Part shown: one piece after another, positions 35,766 through 45,588 of the stretch
How positions within the stretch are numbered: position 1 is the stretch's first letter
Layout: each line of letters begins with the position of its first letter
NCBI RefSeq assembly: GCF_048403405.1
Contig: NZ_CP183129.1
Length of the DNA stretch: 64,000 nt
Source of the DNA: Escherichia coli
Lineage (GTDB): Bacteria; Pseudomonadota; Gammaproteobacteria; Enterobacterales; Enterobacteriaceae
Strand: one strand, 5' to 3'
Position numbers and translations under genes: made by a program
Notes under the pieces: generated by a model
Seen by the model: only the letters and a program-made list of their open reading frames with translations
The model's database searches: none
What the model was told of the DNA's origin: nothing

Positions 35766-36121
35766 TGGAAATAAATCCAGAAGATGAGTTAAGCAATATC
35801 GTTTTATTTCCGGTAAAAGAGGATGACCCACGTAATCAGGTTAATTTTCTTTATGAGCCATCGGAAAGACCATACTGCCATCACGCTTCTGTCCGGGTTG
35901 ACGAAAAAGAGCGTCAGGTCCGCTGTAAAATCTGCGGTGCAGTTGTGGAGCCGTTTGACTGGATGCTCTCTGTGGCGAAAAGAGAAACCAGACTGGCAGA
36001 TGATGTAAGGCTATTGCGCCAGGAGGAACAGGAAAGGCGGAAAAATATAGAAAAGTTAATTCAGATTGAGCGTAACGCGAAAGCGCGGATACGCAGGGCG
36101 ACAAAATCCAGAACTGAATAA
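35766..36121 (+). CDS. hypothetical zinc-ribbon protein
   Basis: ORF with CHH...CKICG motif; GTG start assumed. Confidence 0.4.
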
Positions 36122-36216
36122 TTAAATTTAGCACTGTTAAAAATTTTATCCTTAACCGGAGGGATTTCTGCACCCTCAGAACATCAGGAGGCCGCCCGAA
36201 AGGGCGGTAATGAAAA

Positions 36217-36981
36217 ATGACTGAATTAACAAAAGAGCAATTAATCGAAGAAGCCAAATTAAAAATAGCGATTGCGAAATGCCACACGAATTCAGGGATG
36301 GCACGGGTAGAGGGTGAGTTATTCAAAATTGCACTGGCATCGCTGGAAGCAGATCCAGTTGCTTATATTTTCAAACATCCGGCCGGGAAATTATTCTGGG
36401 CTTTGACGGATGAAAGCAATAAAGAGCAATCGGACGTTATTCCTGTTTATGCCGCCCCTCCAGTGCCAGTAGTACCTGAAGAAAAACCAATGCCTAACCC
36501 TCTTAAAATGTACGCGGTCGATGCTGTTGCCGCTATTGCAGAGGTGAGAGGCTGGAACGCCTGCCGCGCCGCCATGCTTCAGGCCGAACCTGTAAGTAAT
36601 AGTGATGAGTTACCGCTGGACTATCTGCAAGGACACAAAGACGGCCTGGAGTGGGCTGCACAATTGGCAGAAGCCAATCATCCGCAAACAGGTGACTGGT
36701 TGTACGACGACCCAATCGATCTTGCCAGGGCGATTCGCAAAGGTCCTGATATGCCTACTGTTCAGGCTGGCAACTATCCGGTAACTCCGGATGGTTGGAT
36801 AAGCTGTAGTGAGCGAATGCCCGCTCAAGATGATTGGATTTTAATTTATTCAAAGCACGGCGAGTATATGGCAGGACAGGTACAAGGGGAATACGTGGAG
36901 TTGAGCGACGGCACTTTATCGTGGTTAGGGAACGCCTTGTACTGGATGCCTCTACCGGAACCGCCGCAGGAGGTTAATTGA
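36217..36981 (+). CDS. hypothetical phage protein with DUF551-like C-terminus
   Basis: 254-aa ORF; C-terminal W...LYWMPLPEPP signature seen in DUF551 prophage proteins (memory-based). Confidence 0.55.
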   Translation: MTELTKEQLIEEAKLKIAIAKCHTNSGMARVEGELFKIALASLEADPVAYIFKHPAGKLFWALTDESNKEQSDVIPVYAAPPVPVVPEEKPMPNPLKMYAVDAVAAIAEVRGWNACRAAMLQAEPVSNSDELPLDYLQGHKDGLEWAAQLAEANHPQTGDWLYDDPIDLARAIRKGPDMPTVQAGNYPVTPDGWISCSERMPAQDDWILIYSKHGEYMAGQVQGEYVELSDGTLSWLGNALYWMPLPEPPQEVN

Positions 36982-37265
36982 TGGTCTCCTTCGCGAAATA
37001 TACGATTATTGACTGGATAGCATTCATTCAGGTTTTGCTCATCTGGTTTTATATGGCTTACAGGAGTGGACAGTGGATTGTCAGTGTAGCCTGTAGCAAT
37101 GGATGGCGTTGGTGGAACCGAAAGAATAAAAAAGCGCTGGCCTTGGCTTCGTTTTACGAAGCATTCAATCTTAACAGTCTTCAGCCTGGTTCTGTCGTTG
37201 TAGTCACCACTCAAAGCGGCATGACGATACAAATTCACAAGCCAAAGGAGGAAGGTCGTGGCTAA
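36981..37265 (+). CDS. small membrane protein
   Basis: Hydrophobic segment IIDWIAFIQVLLIWFYMAY; about 94 aa. Confidence 0.4.
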   Translation: MVSFAKYTIIDWIAFIQVLLIWFYMAYRSGQWIVSVACSNGWRWWNRKNKKALALASFYEAFNLNSLQPGSVVVVTTQSGMTIQIHKPKEEGRG

Positions 37266-37539
37266 CCTGCAACTTGCCGTTAAAGGTGAATACTTCGATG
37301 CCATGATTCGCGGGGAGAAAACGGAAGAGTATCGCCTGTGTAATGACTACTGGAATAAGCGAATTATGTTCCGCGAGTATGACCGCCTGATTATCACAAA
37401 GGGATATCAGAAGCGCGACGATTCCAGCCGCAGAATTGACGTCCCGTATGACGGATATGAAATCAAGACAATCACACATCCGCACTTCGGCGATAAACCG
37501 GTAAAGGTGTTCGCTATAAAGGTGAATATTGATGGCTAA
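37258..37539 (+). CDS. ASCH-domain-like protein
   Basis: 93-aa ORF MANLQLAVKGEYFDAMIRGEKTEEYR typical ASCH N-terminus (memory-based). Confidence 0.55.
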   Translation: MANLQLAVKGEYFDAMIRGEKTEEYRLCNDYWNKRIMFREYDRLIITKGYQKRDDSSRRIDVPYDGYEIKTITHPHFGDKPVKVFAIKVNIDG

Positions 37540-37870
37540 ATCAGCAGCAGAGCGCAAAGCCGCGCAGCGCGCTCGGCAGTCCGCCGCCGGTGAGCGCAAA
37601 ATTGAACTGGTGCTGGATAAGCAGGAGCAGGAAATGCTGGCGCGGAACTGCGCCGCCCGGCGCCCTGGTCACGATCCCTATGAAATGGCCGAGTACATCG
37701 CGCTGCTGATCCGCCAGGATGATGCACGTGTGCGCGGGCGTATAAAATCGATCAGTAGAAAACGTTGCGGTAAGTGCGGCGAGAGAGTTCCAGTTAATTC
37801 ATGTCCGTGTAATGGTGACTCGCAATGCTGGGTGACTAAAGGCTGGCATGAAACGAAATTAATAGTGTGA
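37529..37870 (+). CDS. hypothetical protein with C-terminal Cys cluster
   Basis: 113-aa ORF; CGKCGERVPVNSCPCNGDSQC; stop codon lies inside the TGTGACATGTCACG palindrome. Confidence 0.45.
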   Translation: MMAKSAAERKAAQRARQSAAGERKIELVLDKQEQEMLARNCAARRPGHDPYEMAEYIALLIRQDDARVRGRIKSISRKRCGKCGERVPVNSCPCNGDSQCWVTKGWHETKLIV

Positions 37871-37920
37871 CATGTCACGAGTAGATTATGCATGATGAAT
37901 TTGATGGGTTTTGAATACTG

Positions 37921-37946
37921 CCGCCAACTATGGCGGCTTTATTTTG
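37921..37946 (+). terminator. rho-independent terminator before terminase operon
   Basis: ccgcca-acta-tggcgg followed by ctttatttt. Confidence 0.6.
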
Positions 37947-37956
37947 CATGGTACTA

Positions 37957-37971
37957 TTACCACAACGGTAA
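37957..37971. promoter_or_regulatory. perfect TTACC-N5-GGTAA palindrome upstream of terS
   Basis: TTACCACAACGGTAA 18 bp upstream of the terS ATG. Confidence 0.5.
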
Positions 37972-37988
37972 CTATTACCACGGTGGTT

Positions 37989-38585
37989 ATGATGCCTGCT
38001 GAACCTAAAACCTATAAACGCAAATCAACGCAATTTAAGCCGCTCACAGCAATGCAGGAGGCTTATTGCCAGTCATACATCAAAACGCCTGAAAACCAGA
38101 CTCAGGCAGCGATTAACGCAGGATTCTCCCCAAATACAGCGGCAGTTAAAGCCAGTGTCATGATGCGCGATGAACGCATTCAAAAACGGATTGCCGAGTT
38201 GATGGAGGAGCGCAACAAACGAATGCGCGTCAGTGCTGATTACGTTCTCATGCGCCTGGTGGAGATCGACCAGATGGACGTGATCGATATCCTCAACGAC
38301 GATGGGAGCCTTAAACCAATCCGCGAGTGGCCGAAAATCTGGCGCACTACGCTTAGTGGCTTTGATCTGTCATCGACCATCATGAACATGAACGAGGATT
38401 CGATAGAGACAATCCTCAAAAAAATTAAATGGCCTGACAAGGTGAAGAACCTCGAACTGATTGGTAAGCACGTCGACGTCAACGCATTCAAAGAACGCCT
38501 GGATGTTAATGTGAATGTGACAATTGCTGATCGCATAGCGGCAGCCAGGAAGCGACTCAAAGAACGTCAGGATGGTAATCAGTGA
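37989..38585 (+). CDS. terminase small subunit
   Basis: About 198 aa immediately upstream of and overlapping terminase large subunit; basic N-terminus, HTH-like segment. Confidence 0.7.
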   Translation: MMPAEPKTYKRKSTQFKPLTAMQEAYCQSYIKTPENQTQAAINAGFSPNTAAVKASVMMRDERIQKRIAELMEERNKRMRVSADYVLMRLVEIDQMDVIDILNDDGSLKPIREWPKIWRTTLSGFDLSSTIMNMNEDSIETILKKIKWPDKVKNLELIGKHVDVNAFKERLDVNVNVTIADRIAAARKRLKERQDGNQ

Positions 38586-40057
38586 CAGATACAGCGTTAT
38601 CTCCTGAAGAGCAGTTGATCGAGGATATTGCAGGGTTTACTCACGATCCGCTTGGTTATGCCCTCTATGCGTTCCCGTGGGGGGAAGAGGGTACTGAACT
38701 GGCACATGCTACCGGCCCACGTCAGTGGCAGGCTGATGCGTTCCGAGAGATACGTGATCACCTGCAGAATCCAGAGACGCGCTATCAGCCGCTTATGCTG
38801 GCACGCGCTTCTGGTCACGGTATTGGTAAATCCGCATTCATCTCAATGCTGATCAACTGGGGCATGTCCACTTGCGAGGATTGTAAGGTCGTGGTGACCG
38901 CCAACACCGACAACCAGCTACGAACGAAGACCTGGCCGGAAATTATCAAGTGGTCAAACCTTGCTATCACGAAAGACTGGTTTACCTGTACCGCTACCGC
39001 GATGTACAGCAATGACCCTGGGCACGACAAGCGGTGGCGCGCTGACGCAATCCCCTGGTCTGAGCACAACACTGAGGCGTTCGCGGGACTACACAACGAG
39101 CGCAAACGCATCATCGTGGTGTTTGATGAAGCGTCGAACATTGCGGATCTGGTGTGGGAAGTTGCCGAGGGTGCGCTTACGGACGAAGACACCGAAATCA
39201 TCTGGGTGGCGTTCGGGAACCCGACGCGTAACACCGGGCGTTTCCGTGAGTGTTTCCGCAAGTACAAACACCGCTGGAAGTGTGCGCAGATTGACAGCCG
39301 GACGGTGGAAGGCACCAACAAACAGCAGTTGCAGAAATGGGTTGATGACTACGGGGAAGACAGCGACTTCGTTAAAATCCGTGTGCGCGGCATATTCCCT
39401 GATGCATCTGAATTGCAGTTTATTCCTACCGGTCTTACTGACGAGGCAATGAAACGGGTGGTAACTGCTGCGCAGGTGGCACATGCTCCGGTGATAATCG
39501 GCGTTGACCCTGCATACTCCGGTGTTGATGACGCGGTGATATACCTGCGGCAGGGGCTGCACAGTAAGGTGCTGTGGACCGGCAACAAGACCATTGACGA
39601 TCTGATTATGGCAAAGCGTATCGCTGACTTTGAAGACCAGTATCAGGCTGACGCGGTGTTCATCGACTTCGGTTACGGAACCGGTTTGAAGTCAATCGGT
39701 GACGGCTGGGGTCGTACATGGCAACTTGTTCCGTTCGGCGGTGCGTCCACTGACCCGCAGATGCTTAACAAGCGTGGGGAGATGTTCAACTCATGTAAGA
39801 CATGGCTGAGGCTGGGCGGCATGCTGGATGACCAGGAAACAGCAGACGACCTGTCGGCGGCAGAGTACAAAGTTCGTGTGGACGGTAAAATCGTTATCGA
39901 ACCGAAGGAAGATATCAAAGAGCGTCTTGGGCGTTCGCCGGGTAAAGGCGATGCGCTACTGCTGACGTTTGCTTTCCCTGTGTCGAAGCGTCTGCGAATT
40001 CCTGGGCAGCAGAACCAGCAAGGCAAGGCCATCACAGATTATGACCCGTATGCTTAA
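38582..40057 (+). CDS. terminase large subunit
   Basis: 491-aa ORF with Walker A-like GHGIGKS and ATPase/nuclease two-domain size. Confidence 0.85.
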   Translation: MTDTALSPEEQLIEDIAGFTHDPLGYALYAFPWGEEGTELAHATGPRQWQADAFREIRDHLQNPETRYQPLMLARASGHGIGKSAFISMLINWGMSTCEDCKVVVTANTDNQLRTKTWPEIIKWSNLAITKDWFTCTATAMYSNDPGHDKRWRADAIPWSEHNTEAFAGLHNERKRIIVVFDEASNIADLVWEVAEGALTDEDTEIIWVAFGNPTRNTGRFRECFRKYKHRWKCAQIDSRTVEGTNKQQLQKWVDDYGEDSDFVKIRVRGIFPDASELQFIPTGLTDEAMKRVVTAAQVAHAPVIIGVDPAYSGVDDAVIYLRQGLHSKVLWTGNKTIDDLIMAKRIADFEDQYQADAVFIDFGYGTGLKSIGDGWGRTWQLVPFGGASTDPQMLNKRGEMFNSCKTWLRLGGMLDDQETADDLSAAEYKVRVDGKIVIEPKEDIKERLGRSPGKGDALLLTFAFPVSKRLRIPGQQNQQGKAITDYDPYA

Positions 40058-40108
40058 TCCGCTGGTGGGGATAATGTCGTTGATATCCTCTGATGAGGAT
40101 AAAACAAA

Positions 40109-40133
40109 GCCAGCTCATCGGCTGGCTGTTTGT
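40109..40133. terminator. bidirectional terminator between terL (+) and gp49-like gene (-)
   Basis: agccagc-tcatc-ggctggct hairpin with T-rich flanks on both strands. Confidence 0.5.
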
Positions 40134-40147
40134 GACATGTCACGGTG

Positions 40148-40504
40148 TTATTGCTCGCTTAGCTTCTGCTTCAGCAAGTAACCTTCGAGCATCCAGATTT
40201 TGTTTACAGCATTCTGCCGGGCAATCTTCCGACCAATTTCTGCATCAAAGTTTTCCGGGCTTGCACAGGCGCTCTCTCCGGTGACGGTGAAGCCATTCTT
40301 CAGCACCAGTACGCAGAAAGTAAGGAGGTCTGTAGATTTATGCGCTGTCCACGCATCGCCAATGCCCATATTGGCGGCACGAATACCGTCATAAGCAGTA
40401 AAGAAATGCTCTTCAAGAATGATGCTTTCGATATATTGGGGCGTAACTCGCGGTGCCGTTTTGCCTTTCTCAACGATTTCTTTTTCGATTTGCTGGTCGT
40501 TCAT
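40148..40504 (-). CDS. Gp49-like phage protein
   Basis: 118-aa ORF; resembles the N15 gp49-like family as recalled. Confidence 0.5.
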   Translation of the reverse strand: MNDQQIEKEIVEKGKTAPRVTPQYIESIILEEHFFTAYDGIRAANMGIGDAWTAHKSTDLLTFCVLVLKNGFTVTGESACASPENFDAEIGRKIARQNAVNKIWMLEGYLLKQKLSEQ

Positions 40505-40702
40505 AATCTCACCTTAAAAAAATGCCCGGCGAACCGGGAGAACTGGAAGCAATGAGTTATGCCTTCCGTGGCTGTACGGGTTTACAGCATGAAGTCATCG
40601 CAATGGCGTCCTGCTGTAAAAAGGGCGGTGATAGTCCTTCAAGGGAAACCATCACCGCCAAGCCCCTGGAACTTCTGGCATCACGGTCCTTAGGCGTGAT
40701 TC

Positions 40703-40779
40703 TGGCGTGGCATGCAGGATTCGAACCTGCGACCAACCGCTTAGAAGGCGGTTGCTCTGTCCAACTGAGCTAATGCCAC
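40703..40779 (-). tRNA. tRNA-Arg (anticodon UCU), phage-encoded, CCA end encoded
   Basis: Reverse complement GTGGCATTAGCTCAGTTGGACAGAGCAACCGCCTTCTAAGCGGTTGGTCGCAGGTTCGAATCCTGCATGCCACGCCA folds as cloverleaf; anticodon loop CTTCTAA; T-arm GGTTCGAATCC; close to E. coli argU. Confidence 0.85.
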
Positions 40780-41101
40780 AACGCTGAGAGCACTTAGCCT
40801 GTTAAGGCGCCACACTTTGTCGCGGCTCCATAAATGCTCTCATCGTTGCACCCTCGTCTCTTCCGAGGCGTCACACCGAATCGCCGGGATGGTGAATCCC
40901 CGTGCGCGGAATAAAACCGCTCGACTTGCACATTCCGGCTACCTGGTTCGTTTGCCCGAGCAAGTGAGGGTGCCCCTTAAACGTATCCAGACCGCTATCG
41001 ACGCATGTGCCATACACCGTACTGCTCAAAATAAAAGCTCACCCCACCTGTTCAATTTAACGACAAGCCAGTCAGGTTAATAACCGGAATGAACTCTTTA
41101 C

Positions 41102-41116
41102 TTACCTGAAGGGTAA
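41102..41116. promoter_or_regulatory. perfect TTACC-N5-GGTAA palindrome upstream of head gene cluster
   Basis: TTACCTGAAGGGTAA; ATGTGGTT motif at 41160-41167. Confidence 0.5.
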
Positions 41117-41205
41117 TAATTGTGCGTTAAATGTCAACCACCTACGATAAATAAATCATATGTGGTTAAATTGGTAATAATTTAATTGCGTACGGAGTCA
41201 TTGAT

Positions 41206-41412
41206 ATGTGCATGGGTAGCTCACCATCAGTGCCTGCAACACCAGAAGTTCAGGCAGCACCACAGGAGCAGGATGCCGCCGTTGTTGATGCCCGCGACGA
41301 AGAAACACGTCGCCGTCGCGCTGCTGCTGGTCGTAGTTCTACGCTGCTTACCGGTTCTCAGGGCGACACATCAACCGCTAATACCAGCGGTAAAACGCTG
41401 CTTGGTCAGTAA
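41206..41412 (+). CDS. small virion-associated protein candidate (T7 gp6.7-like size and composition)
   Basis: 68-aa ORF beginning MC, Ala/Thr/Ser-rich, directly upstream of portal; analogy only. Confidence 0.35.
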   Translation: MCMGSSPSVPATPEVQAAPQEQDAAVVDARDEETRRRRAAAGRSSTLLTGSQGDTSTANTSGKTLLGQ

Positions 41413-41426
41413 CCGGAGTCATTGAA

Positions 41427-43106
41427 ATGGCGGAAACAACTAAAGAGCGATTGAACAAACAGTTCGCACAACTTGAAAGCGAGCGTCAGTCGTTCGAGCC
41501 GCACTGGCGCGAGTTGAGTGATTACATCAACCCGCGTGGTTCCCGCTTTCTGACTTCTGAGGTCAACCGTAACGATCGACGCAATACACGCATTATTGAT
41601 TCGACCGGGACTATGGCGGCGCGCACTCTCGCCAGCGGCATGATGTCAGGCATCACAAGCCCCGCGCGTCCGTGGTTTCGCCTGGCTACGCCTGATCCTG
41701 AAATGATGGATTATGGCCCTGTTAAGTTGTGGCTTGAGGCGGTGCAGAACCGCATGAACGATATGTTCAATAAGTCGAATCTCTATCAGTCGCTGCCGCA
41801 GTTATACGGAAGCCTCGGCACATACAGCACTGGTGCAATGGCAGTGCTGGAGGATGACGAGGACATTATTCGCACAATGCCATTCCCGATAGGCAGTTAC
41901 TACCTAGCTAACTCACCTCGTGGCAGTGTGGACACCTGTTTTCGCAAGTTCTCTATGACTGTTCGTCAGCTTGTTCAGGAGTTCGGGCTAAATAACGTCA
42001 GCGAATCCGTAAAAAGCATGTGGGAAAGCGGAACCTACGAGAAGTGGATTGAAGTGATGCATTCGGTTTACCCGAACATTGACCGCGATACATCGAAGCT
42101 GGATAGCAAGAACAAGCCATTCAAATCGGTTTATTACGAGGTTGGTGGCGATAACGACAAGTTGTTGCGTGAGTCCGGATTCGATGAGTTTCCAATTATG
42201 GCTCCGCGCTGGGAAGTTAACGGCGAAGATGTTTATGGATCATCATGCCCGGGTATGCTGGCGCTTGGACCTGTTAAGGCATTGCAGCTTCTCCAGAAGC
42301 GCAAGTCGCAGATCATCGACAAAGTGACAAACCCTCCGATGGTTGCCCCTACCACTCTCAGAACACAGAGTGTTTCGTTACTTCCTGGTGGCGTCACATA
42401 CGTAGATCAACTGACTGGACAGGAAGGATTAAGGCCTGTTTATCAGGTTAACCCTAACACTGCGGATTTAATCAGCGACATCCAAGATACGCGGCAGACC
42501 ATCAACAGCGCCTACTTTGTCGATCTGTTCATGATGTTGCAGAACATCAATACCCGCTCGATGCCTGTTGAAGCGGTGATCGAAATGAAAGAAGAAAAAC
42601 TTCTGATGTTGGGGCCGGTTCTGGAGCGTCTGAACGACGAATGTCTTAATCCTCTCATTGACCGCGCTTTCTCGATGATGGTGCGTAAAAACATGCTGCC
42701 GCCACCGCCTGACGCGATGGAAGGCATGCCCCTGAAGGTCGAATACATTTCCGTCATGGCTCAGGCGCAGAAGTCTATCGGCCTGTCCAGTCTGGCGTCC
42801 ACGGTTAACTTCATTGGTCAACTTGCGCAAGCGAAACCAGAAGCTCTCGACAAACTCAATGTTGATCAGGCGATCGATGCATTCGCTGATATGTCCGGAG
42901 TGTCTCCAACCGTCATTGTTCCGCAGGAACAGGTTGAGCAGGCTCGCCAGCAACGGGCACAGCAGCAACAGCAGCAACAAATGATGGCGATGGGAATGGA
43001 GGCGGCACAGGGCGCCAAGACGCTAAGCGAAGCTAAAACTTCGGATCCGAGTGTTTTGTCAGCTATGGCGAATGCAGTTAGTGGTCAGGGTGGGCAATCA
43101 CAATGA
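41427..43106 (+). CDS. portal (head-to-tail connector) protein, podovirus type
   Basis: 559-aa ORF; Gln-rich C-terminal tail (QQRAQQQQQQQMMAMGMEAAQG) as in T7-type portal proteins; position after terminase. Confidence 0.8.
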   Translation: MAETTKERLNKQFAQLESERQSFEPHWRELSDYINPRGSRFLTSEVNRNDRRNTRIIDSTGTMAARTLASGMMSGITSPARPWFRLATPDPEMMDYGPVKLWLEAVQNRMNDMFNKSNLYQSLPQLYGSLGTYSTGAMAVLEDDEDIIRTMPFPIGSYYLANSPRGSVDTCFRKFSMTVRQLVQEFGLNNVSESVKSMWESGTYEKWIEVMHSVYPNIDRDTSKLDSKNKPFKSVYYEVGGDNDKLLRESGFDEFPIMAPRWEVNGEDVYGSSCPGMLALGPVKALQLLQKRKSQIIDKVTNPPMVAPTTLRTQSVSLLPGGVTYVDQLTGQEGLRPVYQVNPNTADLISDIQDTRQTINSAYFVDLFMMLQNINTRSMPVEAVIEMKEEKLLMLGPVLERLNDECLNPLIDRAFSMMVRKNMLPPPPDAMEGMPLKVEYISVMAQAQKSIGLSSLASTVNFIGQLAQAKPEALDKLNVDQAIDAFADMSGVSPTVIVPQEQVEQARQQRAQQQQQQQMMAMGMEAAQGAKTLSEAKTSDPSVLSAMANAVSGQGGQSQ

Positions 43107-43399
43107 CAGATTACGAAGATGATCAACTGAAAGAAGAAAACGCCCGTAAGCAACGTGACATGGCACAGCGTGAAATTGATGACATTCGCTTTGTCATGAG
43201 CAGTGAACAGGGGCGTCGCGTTGTCTGGTCGGTGCTGGAGAAAGGCCGTGTGTTTTCCGCTATCTCACCGATGGACGCTATGGCAATGGCATTTAATGAG
43301 GGGCAACGCAATCTGGCGCTGGAACTGTTTCAGCGCGTTATGGCGCATTGCCCTGAACAGTATTTGAAGATGGCCAAAGAGGCCAGTGAACAGGAGTGA
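43103..43399 (+). CDS. hypothetical head-module protein
   Basis: 98-aa ORF, ATGA overlap with portal stop. Confidence 0.45.
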   Translation: MTDYEDDQLKEENARKQRDMAQREIDDIRFVMSSEQGRRVVWSVLEKGRVFSAISPMDAMAMAFNEGQRNLALELFQRVMAHCPEQYLKMAKEASEQE

Positions 43400-43401
43400 T
43401 C

Positions 43402-44097
43402 ATGAATTTATTTGAGCGTTTGCTGTATCGCCGTCTTTGCAATGAGCAACCAGTCGATGGTGGAGCAGCTCCGGCTGCGTCAGAACCGTCAGCGCCTGCA
43501 GGTGATAACCCTGCTCCAGTTGGTGATCCATCACAACCGGAAGGTGATAAGCCACAACCTGTTGCTGATGGCGATAAACCTGCTGATGACAAAAAGCCTG
43601 AAAACGATAAGCAGGATGAAAAAAAGGACGGCGATAAACCAGAGGGTGCGCCTGAGAAGTACGAGTTTCAGGCTGCCGAAGGCGTAGAGCTGGATACAGA
43701 AGCGTTGAAGGAATTCGAGCCGGTGGCGCGAGAACTAAACCTGACCAACGAGCAAGCGCAAAAGCTGGTTGATGCTTATCCGAAGATTCTGGCAGGTGTT
43801 CAGCAGCGCCAGGCAGAAGCCTGGCAGAAAACAACCGAGCAGTGGGCTGCGGATGTAAAAGCTGACAAAGAAATCGGTGGCGACAAGTTGATTTCTAACC
43901 TTAGCGCCGCACAGCGTGCGCTTGACCAGTTCGGGACACCTGAACTCAAAGAATATCTGAACACCACCGGGCTGGGTAATCACCCTGATCTGGTCAAAAC
44001 GTTCGTGAAAATCGGAAAGGCGATGTCTGAAGATGGCATGGTCACCGGTGGTAATGAAGGCCAGCGTAGTGCGGCCGAAGTGCTCTATGGCAAATAA
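43402..44097 (+). CDS. scaffolding protein candidate
   Basis: Acidic, Pro/Asp/Lys-rich low-complexity N-terminal half, helical C-terminal half; between portal and capsid genes. Confidence 0.55.
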   Translation: MNLFERLLYRRLCNEQPVDGGAAPAASEPSAPAGDNPAPVGDPSQPEGDKPQPVADGDKPADDKKPENDKQDEKKDGDKPEGAPEKYEFQAAEGVELDTEALKEFEPVARELNLTNEQAQKLVDAYPKILAGVQQRQAEAWQKTTEQWAADVKADKEIGGDKLISNLSAAQRALDQFGTPELKEYLNTTGLGNHPDLVKTFVKIGKAMSEDGMVTGGNEGQRSAAEVLYGK

Positions 44098-44105
44098 GAG
44101 AGGAA

Positions 44106-45098
44106 ATGACAATGGCTGTTAAAGGCTTAACTGCGCTAACGCTGGCTGACTGGGGTAAGCGCGTCGATCCAAACGGGAAAGTCGATAAGATTATCGAGCT
44201 TCTCGGTCAAACTAACCCGATCCTTCAGGATATGCCTTTTGTCGAAGGGAACCTTCCTACCGGACACCGAACCACCATTCGTTCTGGTTTACCTTCAGCT
44301 ACCTGGCGTTTGCTGAACTATGGTGTACAGCCAAGCAAATCAACCACAGTGCAGGTCACCGATTCCGTTGGCATGCTGGAAACCTATGCTGAAGTCGATA
44401 AGTCACTGGCTGATCTGAACGGTAATACCGCCGAATTCCGCCTGTCTGAAGACCGCGCATTTATTGAAGCGATGAATCAGCAGATGGCGCAGACACTGTT
44501 TTATGGTGATTCCAGCGTTAACCCTCAGCAGTTTATGGGACTGTCCTCCCGCTATTCCAGCCTGTCTGCGGGTAATGCTCAGAACATCATTGATGCTGGT
44601 GGCACGGGTACAGATAACACCTCAATCTGGTTAGTGGTGTGGGGCGAAAACACCGTGCATGGCATCTTCCCGAAAGGGCAGAAGGCTGGCATCCAGATGG
44701 AAGATAAAGGCCAGGTGACACTGGAAGATGCGAATGGCGGCAAGTACGAAGGCTACCGTACCCATTACAAATGGGACAACGGACTTGCTCTGCGTGACTG
44801 GCGTTATGTTGTTCGCATTGCAAACATCTATGTCAGCAATCTTTCAGAACCTTCCTCTGCCGCAAATATTGCGAAGTTGATGGTTAAAGCACTGCATCGC
44901 ATTCCAAATCGTGGCATGGGTCGCCCGGTGTTCTACATGAACCGCACTGTAGGCCAGGCTCTTGATCTGCAATCTCTGGAGAAAACATCTCTGGCGATCA
45001 GCGTAAAAGAGACAGAAGGCGAGTGGTGGACTTCATTCCGTGGTGTACCAATCCGTGAAACTGATGCGCTTCTGGAAACAGAAGCCCGCGTGGTGTAA
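44106..45098 (+). CDS. major capsid protein
   Basis: 330-aa ORF in canonical position after scaffold; size as in podovirus MCPs; followed by strong terminator. Confidence 0.75.
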   Translation: MTMAVKGLTALTLADWGKRVDPNGKVDKIIELLGQTNPILQDMPFVEGNLPTGHRTTIRSGLPSATWRLLNYGVQPSKSTTVQVTDSVGMLETYAEVDKSLADLNGNTAEFRLSEDRAFIEAMNQQMAQTLFYGDSSVNPQQFMGLSSRYSSLSAGNAQNIIDAGGTGTDNTSIWLVVWGENTVHGIFPKGQKAGIQMEDKGQVTLEDANGGKYEGYRTHYKWDNGLALRDWRYVVRIANIYVSNLSEPSSAANIAKLMVKALHRIPNRGMGRPVFYMNRTVGQALDLQSLEKTSLAISVKETEGEWWTSFRGVPIRETDALLETEARVV

Positions 45099-45149
45099 CG
45101 CCTGTTATTAACCTGTGGGTCGTAACAGACCCACTAATGGAGAAAGAAG

Positions 45150-45587
45150 ATGATCACCGACAAACTGTTGATGTTCTCCGAAGCTCAGGCGGTTACGAAT
45201 ACCGCGGCTTCTACTGACGTAATCGATCTCGGTCCAATTGACGGAAAACGTCGTGATATCGGCGTGGGTTACTCGCTTGAGTTTTGGGCGCTGGTTAACA
45301 CAGCCGCCGCGGCAAGCGGTGATGCAACTGTAAACATCCAGTTGCAGACGAGTGAGAATAACAGCTCTTGGACCACTATTTATGATAGTGGTGCGTTGGC
45401 AAAGGCCACCCTGACAGCAGGTAAGCGAGTTGTTTCTGCAAAGGTGCCAGCCGGTGTTCTGCGATATCTGCGTGTTAACTACTCCGTCGCAACTGGCCCA
45501 CTAACGGCTGGCGAATTCACTGCGGGTATCAGTCTTGATGTTGATGCCAATACGCCGTATCCGATCCGCTCAAAAGTAACTGGTTAA
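45150..45587 (+). CDS. hypothetical capsid-associated protein (possible decoration protein)
   Basis: 145-aa ORF immediately after the capsid gene. Confidence 0.4.
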   Translation: MITDKLLMFSEAQAVTNTAASTDVIDLGPIDGKRRDIGVGYSLEFWALVNTAAAASGDATVNIQLQTSENNSSWTTIYDSGALAKATLTAGKRVVSAKVPAGVLRYLRVNYSVATGPLTAGEFTAGISLDVDANTPYPIRSKVTG

Positions 45588-45588
45588 G

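Noticed and set aside
37866-37879. TGTGACATGTCACG read as a CRP binding site
   Set aside because: CRP sites have TGTGA and TCACA separated by 6 bp; here the spacer is 4 bp, so the CRP interpretation is not supported.
40817-41080. 87-aa ORF in the track within the region next to the tRNA
   Set aside because: No RBS, unusual composition and overlap with structured DNA; more likely non-coding. Kept only as part of the tRNA-adjacent region finding.
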